A DNA stretch of 63,011 nucleotides, filler included, from Reticulomyxa filosa (lineage: Eukaryota; Protista; Foraminifera), in the NCBI GenBank assembly GCA_000512085.1. It is 23 parts of 23 records of this genome, joined end to end, with 100 filler letters (N's around TTAATTAATTAA, not from the genome) between each part and the next. Parts side by side here need not be neighbours in the genome. Positions count along the whole stretch, not along the records: positions 23,576 to 26,288 come from ASPP01034024.1; positions 26,389 to 27,883 come from ASPP01001143.1; positions 27,984 to 34,709 come from ASPP01010305.1; positions 34,810 to 37,241 come from ASPP01001416.1; positions 37,342 to 38,443 come from ASPP01017665.1; positions 38,544 to 41,817 come from ASPP01004016.1; 17 more parts are not named here. One strand, given 5' to 3'. Each line of letters begins with the position of its first letter. The stretch's first letter is position 1. The notes beneath the pieces were generated by a model that saw nothing but the letters and a program-made list of their open reading frames with translations, was not told the DNA's origin and did no database searches. The translations under genes and the position numbers were made by a program. Shown here piece after piece: positions 26,286-38,921 of the stretch.

Positions 26286-26814
26286 CTANNNNNNNNNNNN
26301 NNNNNNNNNNNNNNNNNNNNNNNNNNNNNNNNTTAATTAATTAANNNNNNNNNNNNNNNNNNNNNNNNNNNNNNNNNNNNNNNNNNNNGAATGAAAAAGT
26401 GTTATCCAAAACATATTTGTTTTATAGAAGTTCCTTTTTGGTACTCGCCTGAGTTTTTAGTGTGTAAAGTCAATCATAAAATTGGTTGTTCAAATAAACC
26501 TTGAAATATGAATGTACAATTCTTGACAAGCCAAGAAGACCAAAAAAGGTAGATTATTTTCAAAACCAACCCAACACATAGACAAAATTTTTTTGTTTAA
26601 AAAACATTTTCAACTTCACAGTTAATTGGAGAGGAGAAAAAAAAAGATGCACAATGTTGGAACTGTAAAGTAGAAACCAAAACCAAAAAAAAAAAGCAAA
26701 GCATGTTCATAGCTGAAAGGTTGAGATCCAGACTGACAGAAGTCCAAATTGTATGTATGTGTATGCGAAAAATTGCAAATTGTGTAATGTGACATGACTC
26801 GCACAAAGTGAGTT

Positions 26815-27809
26815 TCACTTTAGAGTCTTGTTGAAATATCGCAACAACAAATAAAAGCCAGATCTATAAGCAAAGGTCATAATGAAGAGGATGAGCATAT
26901 TGACTCCAATGACTTCGTGTTCCATCGAATAAGTTCTCAACACTTCTTCCCCGTCAATACCAATTCCAGGTGGATATTTTCCAGTGGTATTTAGTCCTTT
27001 GAATTCATTATACATGAAGCTCTATACAAATATTATTTGTACATATATATATGTGTATACGTATATACGTACACATAAAAATCGGGAAACTCAACTCTAA
27101 AACCATAAGTATGAAAAGAAAGACCGAAATGGACCCAAATGAAATAGGGTGGAATGTGTTTGGGGACTAGAAAGTAGCCACAAACGACCATATATACTCC
27201 CAGCACAGACGCACCCAGGGCGAGACCGACGACAGGAGCGGGCGAGATAGCCGATATCGTCATCATCATGGACTCGACGGTGATCAGACCACAAAACAAA
27301 ATGCCCATATACACAAAGAACTTGTCCGCCCCCGTCCGAGCTTGCACCATGAAATAAATCAAAAACGTGCACACAAATGCAATGCAAAACAGCCACGGAA
27401 TCGACGATATGAAATTCGCTAAGCAATATGCCTCTGTGCTATAGTGGATGTTCATTCGCTCGCGAATGAATAAAAGTCGTTCGCTCACAAATGCTGGCAT
27501 GGCCGATACACTCTATAAACATATATATATGTATATGTATATATGTATATATATGTATATATATGTATATATATGTATATATATATATTCTTCATTCATG
27601 CACACACATACACACACACAAATAAAACAAAAAAAATTGTAACCATAAAAGTTAAGAATGCTGACACAAAGAACAGAATGCCAGCTCGGTCTTGCACGTC
27701 GTTCGCAGTGTCGCCAATGTTCCAAAATAAGGTGCCCAAGTAGAAACACAAAGCTCCATACAATGCTATGCGAATTGAAAACACGGTTGGATTTCTGCGG
27801 AAACAGACA
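26815..27809 (-). CDS. ABCG (White-family) transporter, C-terminal ABC2 membrane domain, 5'-truncated; introns 27513-27643 and 27022-27095
   Basis: RNPTVFSIRIALY..LGTLFWNIG..VQDRAGILFF..|SVSAMPAFVSERLLFIRERMN..YFIWVH..YGFR|SFMYNEF..DGEEVL. Confidence 0.92.
27521..27620. repeat. Intronic (TA)n/(TATATG)n/(CA)n microsatellite
   Basis: Directly visible alternating purine-pyrimidine tract inside the ABCG intron. Confidence 0.9.
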
Positions 27810-27852
27810 GAAGGCACGTCAAATGCACGCACATTATGTGTACACATATACA

Positions 27853-27883
<31 letters not shown>

Positions 27884-28434
27884 NNNNNNNNNNNNNNNNN
27901 NNNNNNNNNNNNNNNNNNNNNNNNNNNTTAATTAATTAANNNNNNNNNNNNNNNNNNNNNNNNNNNNNNNNNNNNNNNNNNNNAAAAAAAGTGTCCGTTT
28001 AATAGAAATGAGCGAAGACGTAAATCTGTTTGCAAGGAAGAAGGGCAGATTTAAAAAACAAATAATGGCATAACGCCATCATGCTAGTGCATTAACTCGA
28101 TTACACAACCCTGATAATGGAGAAAAGTCAAAAGAACACTAGCAAAATGTCCCCTTCATTTCAATATGAGGCAAGACAAAACCAAAAAAAATAAAAATTA
28201 AAAAAACAAACAAACAAAAAAAAACAAACGAGCACAAATTTAGAAAAGATGCTAAAATCAACCCAGCATCTCCCAGATATACAAAATTGTACTGAAAACA
28301 ACAACAATAACGACCTTTTAATTATGACTTGGGAGAAGAGAAGGTGACCCAAAAAATTTCAACAATAAAGAAAACGAAAAAAACAACAACAAAAAAAGAT
28401 AAATAGTAACGCAGTCGTGTTTTTGTTTTTTTTT

Positions 28435-29427
28435 TTAACAAAAAAAAAATAAATTAAAAAATGAAAATCCAAGACCTTTTTGTTTTTTTTTTTTTTTAAA
28501 AAAAAGACAATTATTATTTAGGAAAAGTTGTAAAGACCATTGTTTGAGTGTGTCAAGACTTTCATAATTGGCGACACTCATCCGGATAGTACTTTGCGTG
28601 TTGACATCACTGACAATGGAATTGCCATAGAGTCTGGACCTTTGTTGTGTTTCGTAAAACCTTCGAATTAAGCGACAATTTTTTTCCAGCATTTTCAGGT
28701 CAACTTCTTGTTCATTGGTCTCCCAATTTTTGACAGTCAAATTGGTTTGTATGACAAACAGGTCTTTGACCAACACCGGCACAAAGGGCAAGCACGGCGA
28801 TATCTGGTCACTTTCGAACCACTGTTCCAAAACGGTTCGATAGCTCTGATAATTTTTCTCCGTGTTCACAATGGACATACATTTTTGCGAGTAGCGTTTC
28901 AACAATTGATCCGTCGCTACAATCTTTTGCACTGGCTTCAAGCGTTGGACCGGCTCCAAGCAAGTGCCCCCAAAAATGGCCGCACACCCATGGAAGTTAT
29001 TCAGTTCCAAACACCGATGTGCGACCAAATAAAAGTACTTGAGTGCTTCCACTTGCTTCGTCGTTGTCTTTTGCTGCAAGATTATCGTTGCCACCCAAAG
29101 TGACAGCCGGTTGATATGGTCGATCATGTACAACAGGTTGGGCGCGTCAATCGTCGCCTTTTCCAACTGATGCAGTGGAGACTCATGCAACTGATTGTCA
29201 ATTGTTCCGTTTTCCACTGTCGAACTCGACGACAGCTCATTGCTGCTGCTATTGCTTCGGTCACGACGTCCTGTCAGCAGCCCACTGTCCGTCGACGTAT
29301 ACGAAGACCCTTCCGTCGGGCTGCTTCCTTTGCTTGTCTCGTTCCCTTCTTCCCCTTCGTTGTCAACGCCATCGGGTAGTAGCTTGTCATGCAAGTGTTC
29401 GTTGTTTCTCCAAGCGCAATTTGTCAG

Positions 29428-29465
<38 letters not shown>

Positions 29466-31058
29466 TGTTTCCCCCCCCGCATCCCAAAACTCATAATGTT
29501 AGTCATGTTTTATACAAATATATAACATATATACATAAAAATTATATCCAAACAAACCAAAGAAAGTACGTATACAATTCGCATACGTATAGGTGATTAC
29601 GTAACAGAGATTTTTTTATTTAATTGAATCTTCCATATACGTATATGCAAAATATATGTTGTGTGGAAGATTCAGTTGGATATTTAAAACAAATATATGT
29701 ATATATATATATATATATGTATATGTATATGTATGTATATGTGTATACACAATTATACCTCGAATTTCAATTTGCAGATAAATCTCCGTGTCAATGAGGG
29801 TGAGTTGTTCAGCCAACGTTTGCGGAGGTATTCGTAACAGATCGGCATTGCCCCCCAAACGTGCGACCATTTCTTTGGGCGGAAAAAAGCTATCAAAGAA
29901 AAGAAACTGCGTGACATGCTTGTTACTGTTGACCTTTGGATTGATCCTCAAATTGCTAATCGAACTGTTTTTCACGTTGTTGTCCTTCATCTGTGGTTTT
30001 CTGCGATGGATCAGTTGCAATGGCCATCCCAACACGATTCCAGCCCGGTGATGTGTTGCGTGGTTTGCTTCCAGTTTTGGATGAACTCCAACAACTTGTT
30101 CAGCGATGTCATATCGGAAAAATCAATTGGGTAATACCGGATCCAATGATGCAACAGTTCTTTTGTTTGTTTGTTTGTTCATTTATTTATTTATTTATTT
30201 GTTTGGGCATGTTTACTTACATTTCAAAAAAAAAAAAAAAAAAAAAAGTAGTAATGAAGTGAAAGTTGTAAAGGACCAATGTGATGTTTCATGGACAGAT
30301 TGCAATCGATTGCATCCACGTCATTTGCATTTTTGTGTTGCTTGTTTGCGTCAGATTGAGCAGTCGATGCTGATTGCGAAATCTCGCCTATGTCCCGTCT
30401 TGGACTATCAATCACCGCCTCGGTGGCTTTTGGAGTTATTTTTTGACTTTCACTTGCATCTCTTTTTTTCTCTCTCTCTTCCCTCTTTTCCTTTTCCTTC
30501 TCTTTCTCCGTCGCGTTGTACAAGTGCACGTTCGACAAGGTCGCTCCCTCCTCATTTCCTTTCACTGATTCAATGAGAGGGCTTTCTTTGAATTTCATAC
30601 TGTCTTCTTCTTCTTCTTCTTCTGCATCTTCTACATCGCTACTCCTCGACTGCAATGTTGCTATGGCTATGCTTGGTGCAATACTGCCATCGTCCAAAGA
30701 CTTGGATGGGCTGTGTTTCTTCGCATGTTCTTCGCTCATTTTGAGACTCAGCGCCTGCTGCTGGATATGATGCGAGTATGTAATGTCATTCAACAGACTT
30801 GTCCAGTCTTGCTTCGCAGATCCGAGCAACTCGGATTCGGACTTTGACTTTGTCTTTGTCTTTGCTTGCCACGTGCCGTCTGAATTTGATTTAGCGTTTT
30901 TTAAATTGCACCATTGTAATTGACTACTGTTGCCACTTTCGATCGAGTTGAGAGTAAGTGAGCTGCTTTCACTTATCTCTGTATTTGTTGGCATCTTCTC
31001 CAGTCTTTTTTTATTTTTGGTTCGTGTCAGTTTATTTTATTTACATACGTGTATATGC

Positions 31059-31090
<32 letters not shown>

Positions 31091-32090
31091 ATATATGTAT
31101 ATATGTATATATATGTATATGTACATATATATACATATATATGTATACATATACATATATAAGTGTTTTAGGATATGCAAACTGTGAAGAAGTGGAATGC
31201 GGTCCACTCGGTTGAGATAGTTGCAATTGGAACTGTTGGACCAACAAATTGACGCTAGCCATAAGTTGGGTCAACAACTCGTCGGTGGTATGGAATTGCT
31301 TCAAATTCAAAAAGTATGCGCACATGAAGCGTTTGCAACACATTTGATACGATAGCAAGTGCTGCACGCACGCCGATTTACCCATTCTGTTCGGCAAGTC
31401 TTCGCCTTTGCGATGGTACTAATTACCTCCAAATAAAACAAAAAATTATACATGTATATTACACATTAGGGTTACAACTCCTTTTTTTTTTTTTTTTTTA
31501 TCCCTTTCATTTCCTCGCACGTAACCCAGGCATATTTGTTTTTGAATGTACCACACACACACACACACACACACCAAAACTTGTCTATTGTTGGTACACT
31601 TTTCGTCAATCATTGCATCTTTCCAACGATACGGAAAACATATTATCGGAGTCTATTTGTTTTTGGTGGTTAATACATTCTTATACATACATATGTTTAT
31701 GTGGACATATATACATATCTGTATACATGCACACACACACACACACCCTTTGAAAACTACAAGACAAATGTCAGACGTAACATCAATCAAATGAATTGTC
31801 CACAGCTTCGATTTCTTGTTGTTGTTATTTAGCATTGTCTTTTTCGTGTTGTTGTTGTTGTTGCTATGGCTGTCTTTACTGCTCTGAGAGGTTAGACTCC
31901 TTTGGGAAGTTGTTTTCAATGTACCACTTGTCCCACTGTACATGGACAACCTCTCATTTATTCCTTTCGCCAATGACAACGACGTTTTCATCGGATTGTC
32001 GTCCTCACGATTCAATTCCGATGCCGTCCTTCGTACCACTACTGTATTTGAATGACTACGATCAGAACTGCTGTAGCTGTTCACGTTCAT
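28435..32090 (-). CDS. RasGEF (REM plus CDC25 domain) guanine-nucleotide exchange factor, multi-exon
   Basis: REM-like [22 protein letters not shown]; CDC25 motifs [63 protein letters not shown]. Exon ends are approximate. Confidence 0.88.
31045..31160. repeat. Intronic (TATATG)n/(CATATA)n microsatellite
   Basis: Directly visible within a RasGEF intron. Confidence 0.9.
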
Positions 32091-32474
32091 TTTCCTCTCT
32101 TTTTCAATGTTTTTATCTCTACTTTCTTTGGCAGGAAATAATCAACAATGATGGGAGAGTTGTTATAATGACTCTTGATAAAAATGAATTTTTTTTTAAA
32201 GGTGAACAAAAGTCACCGACAAATTATATATGTATATAAAATATCTTGTAAATAAAAAATTCTTTCAATACAATTCTTTTTAAAAATTTTTTACTTTTTA
32301 AATTTTTGACAATAAATTAGTCATAGAATAATGTTTAATTTTCATTTTGTTGCAAACTTTCAATATATTTAATTTCATTTTACAATCAAAAATTATTTTA
32401 TATCAATAGTTGCGGTTAATATTTATAATCAAAAAATATTTAATGTTTTTTTTTTGAAAATTATTTAGAGAAAG

Positions 32475-32678
32475 TACAGTAGGTTGCAAAGAAAACTGAA
32501 CGCCTAAAACATATCTTATGATGATAATTGATTTTCTCAATGAAAAATCAACATTTATACCTAATTTTTTTTAAATAAAAAAAAAATTAGCTTTAAATGT
32601 TTGTTTTTCATTAAGAAACTCTATCATCTTCATAAGGTGGCATTTTATGTGTTCAGTTTTTTTTTGCAACATACTGTA
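32475..32678. mobile_element. Complete ~200-bp fold-back MITE (Tc1/mariner-type, TA-flanked; copy C)
   Basis: Left end TA-CAGTAGGTTGCAAAGAAAACTGAACGCCTAAAA; right end reverse complement TA-CAGTATGTTGCAAAAAAAAACTGAACACATAAAA. The ~90-100-nt imperfect arms meet at a T/A centre. Confidence 0.85.
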
Positions 32679-33169
32679 TATATTGTTTTATAAAAAATAG
32701 TAAATTAAAATATTAATTTTGAATAATTATGTTAAAAAAAAACTAACGTTAAATCCTGCTAACATTATTAAAACTTATCAAACTAGACAAAACATTTTTT
32801 GTTCTTTTTTCTTTATCATGGATAACATTTTTAAAAAAAAAGAAAATAAATAAAAGATTGATGCACTTTTAGCATGAAGATACACGTTGAAACTTCATAA
32901 ACAACAGTAATTTTAGTAATTGGGTGTAACTTTACAAAAACACAACTTATTTTGATTGTAATGATCTATTGTTTATTCGTTGTGAACTATCTTTAGTGAT
33001 TGAAAATAAAATTTTTTTTTATAGATTTGAACAAAAGTCAACGACAAATTAAATCAAAAAAAAAAATCTTATAAATAAAAAGCTCTTGTAATACAATTCT
33101 TTTTTTTAAAAATTTAATTTAAATAATTTTTTTAAAAAAAAATTAACGTCCAAGTCTCCAAAGCTTATA

Positions 33170-34600
33170 AATCATGTGTTTGTGAATATTGTTCCTGCAA
33201 TATCGATTGTAATGAAATCGATGCCATGTGTTGTGTCATCACTCGGTGTACTGAGTAGTCGGCGCTTCAGTCCAACAGGGCCCGAGTACAGGATGGCAAC
33301 TGTTAGTTCGTCGATGAGACAGATCGTTGTTAACAACAAACGAAGAAAGCCAATTGTTTGAAATGATCCGAAGGACATTAGAAGAGTTAGAAACATATGA
33401 TGGAAGACAAAGACAGTGAATAGAACAAATTCAAATCGAAGAAGAGACATAATGTACAACAATGATCTAAATGCGAGCGGAATGTGCACAAAAGGCCAAG
33501 ACAAAGCAAAGAGTAAAAAGTCACAAGAGGACAAGTAGACAAAGAGCCATTTATAATCGAAGATCAATGTAATAAAGATAAAAATTTGATGATGAAACTA
33601 TGCTGGCATTTTGTGTCATTCCTTTTTTTAGGCTGCTGGCAAGATATGGAACGCTTGGGTGACAATCTAATCGAACATTTGCAGCAGCATCAATGTAAAG
33701 AAATGAACAACCCCCCAATTTGAAAGTCTCCAAAACACAAATTAAAAATTTCACGTGACAACTTCCGACTGGTTTTGATTTTTATAGCTGTTATGAAATG
33801 TGCAAGGAGGACGAAGAAAAAGAAAATAACTCTTATTCTTCTTCATCTTATCTCAATCCAAAAGTTCCTGCTTTTAAGCAAATGCTTGTTCACGATCAAT
33901 GATAAGAAACTTGACATTACCAATCCAAAACTCAGTTGGTGAATGGTATGCCATTAAACACTTTCATCAACAGATCCTTCAAGTCGATTGTGGGGAATAC
34001 TCATTTATGGCTGCAAGATTATTACATGGGATCTTCTACATATTCAAAAGAAAACATTTTTAACGTTATGGGGAGCAAATTAATTTTAGATCATTTCATT
34101 TTTTACAAAATGGGTTTGTTGCATACAAATATTTTTCAACGAATCTATACATTACGTGCATAAATAAATATAATATATGTGTATATTGCTAATTAATAGG
34201 TATGGTGTCAAAGATGCGTCATGACAATTGTTCACAATCTATTGTATCAATCCTAATGATGACTGAAAATTTACATCGCGACAACGAATTCGCGAAACTG
34301 TGTGGACACTTTTCCAATCGATAATGAATCCCACCATGAAGCAATATAAACTGTCATGATAAATGAACAATATCCATGTAAGGGTTAGAAGCAATATTCG
34401 GGACACCTTGTGTAAGACACATGACTATCATAACAATGGATACTGACAAAACTGGACATTTCTTATTTGTTCATAATGCACATCATGTGGAAATTAAAAC
34501 AAAATGTCAACTTGCCATTGTTCAGGAAACAAATCCGCAAAATTTTATTGCTTACATTTTTCAAATTACTTTCTTTTATTTTTTTCTCCATAAACGGCAA
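33170..34600 (+). pseudogene. Decayed coding relic, unidentified
   Basis: Higher-GC coding-like stretch with many stops; Cys clusters at both ends. Confidence 0.3.
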
Positions 34601-35165
34601 TGACACATAACAAAAATATACATATTTCCTATTCTTCAACTTGAATCGCAATATGTTTTTCCCCTTTTGTAGTGATTCTGTGATTGAATTCATTTATGTG
34701 GTTTACCCANNNNNNNNNNNNNNNNNNNNNNNNNNNNNNNNNNNNNNNNNNNNTTAATTAATTAANNNNNNNNNNNNNNNNNNNNNNNNNNNNNNNNNNN
34801 NNNNNNNNNTAACCCACTGAGGGTTCCTCGGGTCCTCCCAAGTTCAAGCCTTTAGAATAGGGATTTGTACTACAAGAGACGCAAAAAAAAAGATGATATT
34901 CTAGAGATTTTGTTAGATAAAAGTGAGCATGAGGATAAAGTGTTGAATTATTACAACTCTGAAGTCAGTTATGACTTATGCATGTATCATTACAATACTA
35001 GTATTCGTTCACACGTTTATAAACTTCTAACTCGTGCAACTATTTGCAAATTTTTTGAGATTATGCAAACAAATAAATGGCAATTCGGCGAAAAAGAGTT
35101 CAAAAAAGGAGACTAATTAGAAATTCGGGGGTAGCAATATATAATTCAAGCCACAAAGTACAATA

Positions 35166-35921
35166 ATGGGAAATTTCGGACCCTGCTTTGGACTGGGAAG
35201 CTCAAAGAAAGAAAAACTTCTTCCAAAGGATGTTCCCGAGCAAAAAACAGACGTAGCAAGTAAAGTAGTGAGTGTGTCTGTGGACAATGAAGATACAGAG
35301 GAATTCGACGAGTTCAAACGTACAATTTCACAAGCATTTTGGGCATTCAGTGGCTACAGCAAATTCAAAAAGACTAATATTTATTTACGACAAAACGAAA
35401 TATCAAAATTTCTGGAAATTTGCAATATAACAGAGCCAAGTGAAGAGGTGATATTTCATGAAATGGATTCAGAGATTGTGGACAATCAAATATCATATAG
35501 TGAATTTGTAAATTACTTTTGTGACCCAAACACCAACCCCGGGTGCTATAGTTTGCAAAAGTATATGGAACAACAAACCAATTTTCAAATATTGAGAGAA
35601 GCTCTACGTATATTAGAAGTGTGCAATTCTTTGCTCGATGAATCCTCTAATGCCCCCCACGCAAATACCGGCACTCCGAATAATAATAAAAGTGAGTTCA
35701 CCGGAAGGATTACGTACAAACAGTTTCAAAAGTTTGCAGATGAATTGTTACATCTCGATCCAGGTCAAACCGAAGAATTGTGGTATCAAATCGACGCAGA
35801 TGATTCTGGCGATATTCGTATTGATGAACTTTTTGATTGGTTGAAAACTCAGTTGTTGAAAGGACAAATCGAAAAAGATGAGACAACGGGAGCTTTGACA
35901 CTTAACCAGCAGCAGTCTTAA
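35166..35921 (+). CDS. EF-hand Ca2+-binding protein with predicted N-acylation
   Basis: MGNFGPC start; EF loops DSEIVDNQISYSEF and DADDSGDIRIDEL; intronless 251-aa ORF. Confidence 0.85.
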   Translation: MGNFGPCFGLGSSKKEKLLPKDVPEQKTDVASKVVSVSVDNEDTEEFDEFKRTISQAFWAFSGYSKFKKTNIYLRQNEISKFLEICNITEPSEEVIFHEMDSEIVDNQISYSEFVNYFCDPNTNPGCYSLQKYMEQQTNFQILREALRILEVCNSLLDESSNAPHANTGTPNNNKSEFTGRITYKQFQKFADELLHLDPGQTEELWYQIDADDSGDIRIDELFDWLKTQLLKGQIEKDETTGALTLNQQQS

Positions 35922-36908
35922 CAAAATAAAACTTTTTAAAAGTTGCTTATTTGTACTAGAAAAAAAATTGTGTTTCGAGCAGATACAGATACTTCGTGTA
36001 ATCAAAATTTAAGTAATATTCAATTAACTAACTTGTTTGCATGACTTTCTTGGCAAGTCTTTTTTCAATAAAAAATAGAGAGATATTTGTATTAAAAAAA
36101 GTAAAACTTGTCTTTAAGGATGATCGAGATGATTATTCGTTGGCAATTGTTTTACAAACTTTTTTTCAGTGCAAAAATCAACTGTCAAACCATTTAATAA
36201 GTCATGCCGATGGAACAAAGTCAGAATACATTATTACTAAACTATAGAATTGTACAACTTGAGAATATTTCGTCTGGAATGTTTGAAAAATGAAAATATC
36301 AAAAACAAAGCATTGGCATCTTTTTGCAATCTGCTGTATTTAGATTTTATTATCTAAAGCGGTAAAATATGATTTGTATGATCTTGCCGCAGTGAAAATA
36401 ATCATAAACATTTAGATTAAGACAATGCTGAAATAAATAAGAGATAAAGATTTGGGATTGACCTTTTTGAGTACTGGAAACAATTAAAGAAATGTATTTT
36501 GAGCTGTTTTTTAAATTATTTTGAATCTTTTTTTTTGCTTGCATGATATTTTTATCAAAATGAAACAAGATGAAATTTAGTCTGAAATATTTTGCTTGAG
36601 AGGAAAAGAGAATTACTAGATTCACTAGAAAAACATAAAAAAACAAAAATTAACAAAACTAGTTTTTTTATCAAAAAAATCAACTTTACCACTGTGCACA
36701 ACTAATTGTAACATCCAAAAACAAGACACAGATAAATATGTCTAATGCTTATCACTTAAAGTTGATTGGAGTCGACGTCACACCACAACGTTTGTGGTGT
36801 TTGCAACAGAAAATAGGAAAAATAAAAAAGTTTTTTTGAAAATGATTTATACAATTATTTTTTCCTCGCTCCACATTTTTTTGGTTATAGATGGAATCTT
36901 TTTTTTGC

Positions 36909-37241
36909 TCATGATAAATGTCTGACAGCAGCAACAAGGACAACACAATCATATCCACAAACAACTGAAAGAATATCAATTGGTAAATCACAAGGATGAG
37001 AGAACTTATGAAGGGGACGATCAAAAATAAGGAATCCATCTTCTTCCACTCCACAGCGCACAAAATGTTGTTGCATGGCTCCCCATACTTCTAATTTAAC
37101 GAAATCCATGTTTCGATAAAAAAAACAGCTGTGAGTTTTTCCACAACCAAGCTGTAGAGTGGTCGATACGTCACCACCTTTTTCTTTGTCATTACCATAG
37201 TTATTGCTATTGTCACTACCATTATCATTATCATTATCATT
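36909..37241 (-). CDS. RCC1-like repeat protein C-terminus, 5'-truncated
   Basis: Frame is open from the contig end: LQLGCGKTHSCFF..LEVWG..P..ILSVVCGYDCVVLV*, matching RCC1 blade spacing. Confidence 0.55.
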   Translation of the reverse strand, partial: NDNDNDNGSDNSNNYGNDKEKGGDVSTTLQLGCGKTHSCFFYRNMDFVKLEVWGAMQQHFVRCGVEEDGFLIFDRPLHKFSHPCDLPIDILSVVCGYDCVVLVAAVRHLS

Positions 37242-37341
37242 NNNNNNNNNNNNNNNNNNNNNNNNNNNNNNNNNNNNNNNNNNNNTTAATTAATTAANNN
37301 NNNNNNNNNNNNNNNNNNNNNNNNNNNNNNNNNNNNNNNNN

Positions 37342-38108
37342 GCCGGGTCCTTGAAGTCGTCGAGTGCCCGATTGACCGCGCGCAGGAAGCGCCGGACGAC
37401 ATCCTTGTTCTTCTCGACATAGGGCTGCATCGCGACGATGCCGCTGAATACGACCGGCGATTTCACATCGGTGAAATAGTACCCGAGAACCGTCGCGCCC
37501 TGCGACTTGCCCAGCGTGATGAAGGGCTCGGTCACACCGGCTGCCGCGATGGTGTTGTTGCGCAGCGCCGGCAGCATGTCGGGGAAGGGCACTTCGCGGA
37601 ACGTCACCGACTTGGGATCGACCCCGTTCTTGCGCAGCCACTCGCGCATCATGGTCCAGTCGGTATTGTAGCTGAGGTTGGTCGCGACGGCCTTGCCCTT
37701 CAGATCGGCCGGAGTTTTGATCGCCGGATCCGTTGCCAGCACCGCATGGACCGGATCGTCCGATGCCTGCGCGAAATTGAATGAAACGTAGGTTATGGGA
37801 ATGCCGGCGTTTCGGGCATTCAGGACGCCGAGCGCGTCCGAAATGCCGAACTGCAGCGAGCCCGACTGCAGGGCGGGAATGATCTGGCCGCCGCCGGCCA
37901 TCGGCGTGAGTTCGACTTCGAGATTCTCCGCCTTGAAGTAGCCGGCATCGCGCGCGCGCCAAAGATACGAATACACGCCGACCGGAATGTACCCGACCTT
38001 GAGCTTGGTCACGGCGTCCTGCGCCTCGGCCTGTCGAACCGAACCGAAACTCGACAATCCAAATGCAACGCCGAGCGCGATCGCGGCCCCAATCATCCTG
38101 AACTTCAT
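37342..38108 (-). CDS. NitT/TauT/SsuA-family ABC transporter periplasmic binding protein, bacterial, 3'-truncated
   Basis: Signal peptide MKFRMIGAAIALG..AEA; LKVGYIP, AGYFKAENLEVEL, IKTPADLKGKAVA, EVPFPDMLPAL, EPF. RBS GGAAGG. Confidence 0.9.
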
Positions 38109-38123
38109 GTCACACCTTCCTGT

Positions 38124-38443
38124 TCAATCTTCCCGAGACAACTTTTGCGCCTGCTTCCGCACGAGCGTGTAGACGCGGTGGCGCAGGTGTAGAAATTCCG
38201 GTGTTTCCTTGGTCGCGAGCTGATCGCGGGGCCGCGGCAGATCGATTGCGATCTCTTCGACCACACGCGCCGGCCGTGTCGACAGCACCACGACCTTGTC
38301 CGCCATGAAGACGGCCTCGTCGATGTCATGGGTCACGAGCAGGGCTGACAGCGACATGGTCTGGCAGATCTCCATGACCATGTCCTGAAGGTCGATCCGG
38401 GTCTGCGCGTCCACCGAAGCGAATGGTTCGTCGAGCAGCAGGA
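38124..38443 (-). CDS. NitT/TauT-family ABC ATP-binding subunit, C-terminal part
   Basis: LLLDEPFASVDAQTR..LLVTHDIDEAVFMADKVVVLSTRPARV..LPRPRD. Confidence 0.92.
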
Positions 38444-38574
38444 NNNNNNNNNNNNNNNNNNNNNNNNNNNNNNNNNNNNNNNNNNNNTTAATTAATTAAN
38501 NNNNNNNNNNNNNNNNNNNNNNNNNNNNNNNNNNNNNNNNNNNTCATGTGGCTTAAAAAAAAATAACATTTTTT

Positions 38575-38921
38575 ACAAATATTGAATTATCACCTGCGTC
38601 ATCGCCAGTGTTATCACCTCCAACATCATCAGTTGGATGTTCAATCAAAACATCTAAATAATCTTTTTCTAAAACCTAAATCTTCACTGGCTTTAGTAAA
38701 TTCTCCTTCTTCCATACATTCTCATACGCACAAGTGAGCAAAAGCCTTCGTGAGTACAAGTTTTATCATTCAATTTATCGACTATTTACTCTCCGATTGT
38801 ATAGTTGACACAGTCAAACTTGTTTGCTGCGTCCTCTTTCACATGGACTAACAACTCATTGTGGGATATTGCCGCAAAATGGCCGTTTTTCACGTCATCG
38901 AACACTTGGTTCTAAATTAAC
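38575..38921 (-). pseudogene. Alpha-tubulin pseudogene (retarian alpha-2 type) with large internal deletion
   Basis: VNLEPSV/DDVKNG..KEDAANKFDCVNYTIGE*IVDKLND is fused directly to AFAH..ECMEEGEFTKASEDLGF/LEKDYLDVL. Confidence 0.85.

Noticed and set aside
30930-31215. ORFs rich in [10 protein letters not shown] (also 27448-27749, 45650-45955, 46765-46974)
   Set aside because: Translations of intronic microsatellites.
33170-34600. Stop-codon reassignment as an explanation for stop-riddled coding-like regions
   Set aside because: Conserved genes (ARF, RPN7, PDE, ABCG) have no in-frame stops, host genes end in TAA, TGA or TAG, and the relics also contain frameshifts and deletions.
34700-34830. 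Telomere-like TTTACCC/TAACCC at adjacent contig ends
   Set aside because: Single units only, no tandem array.
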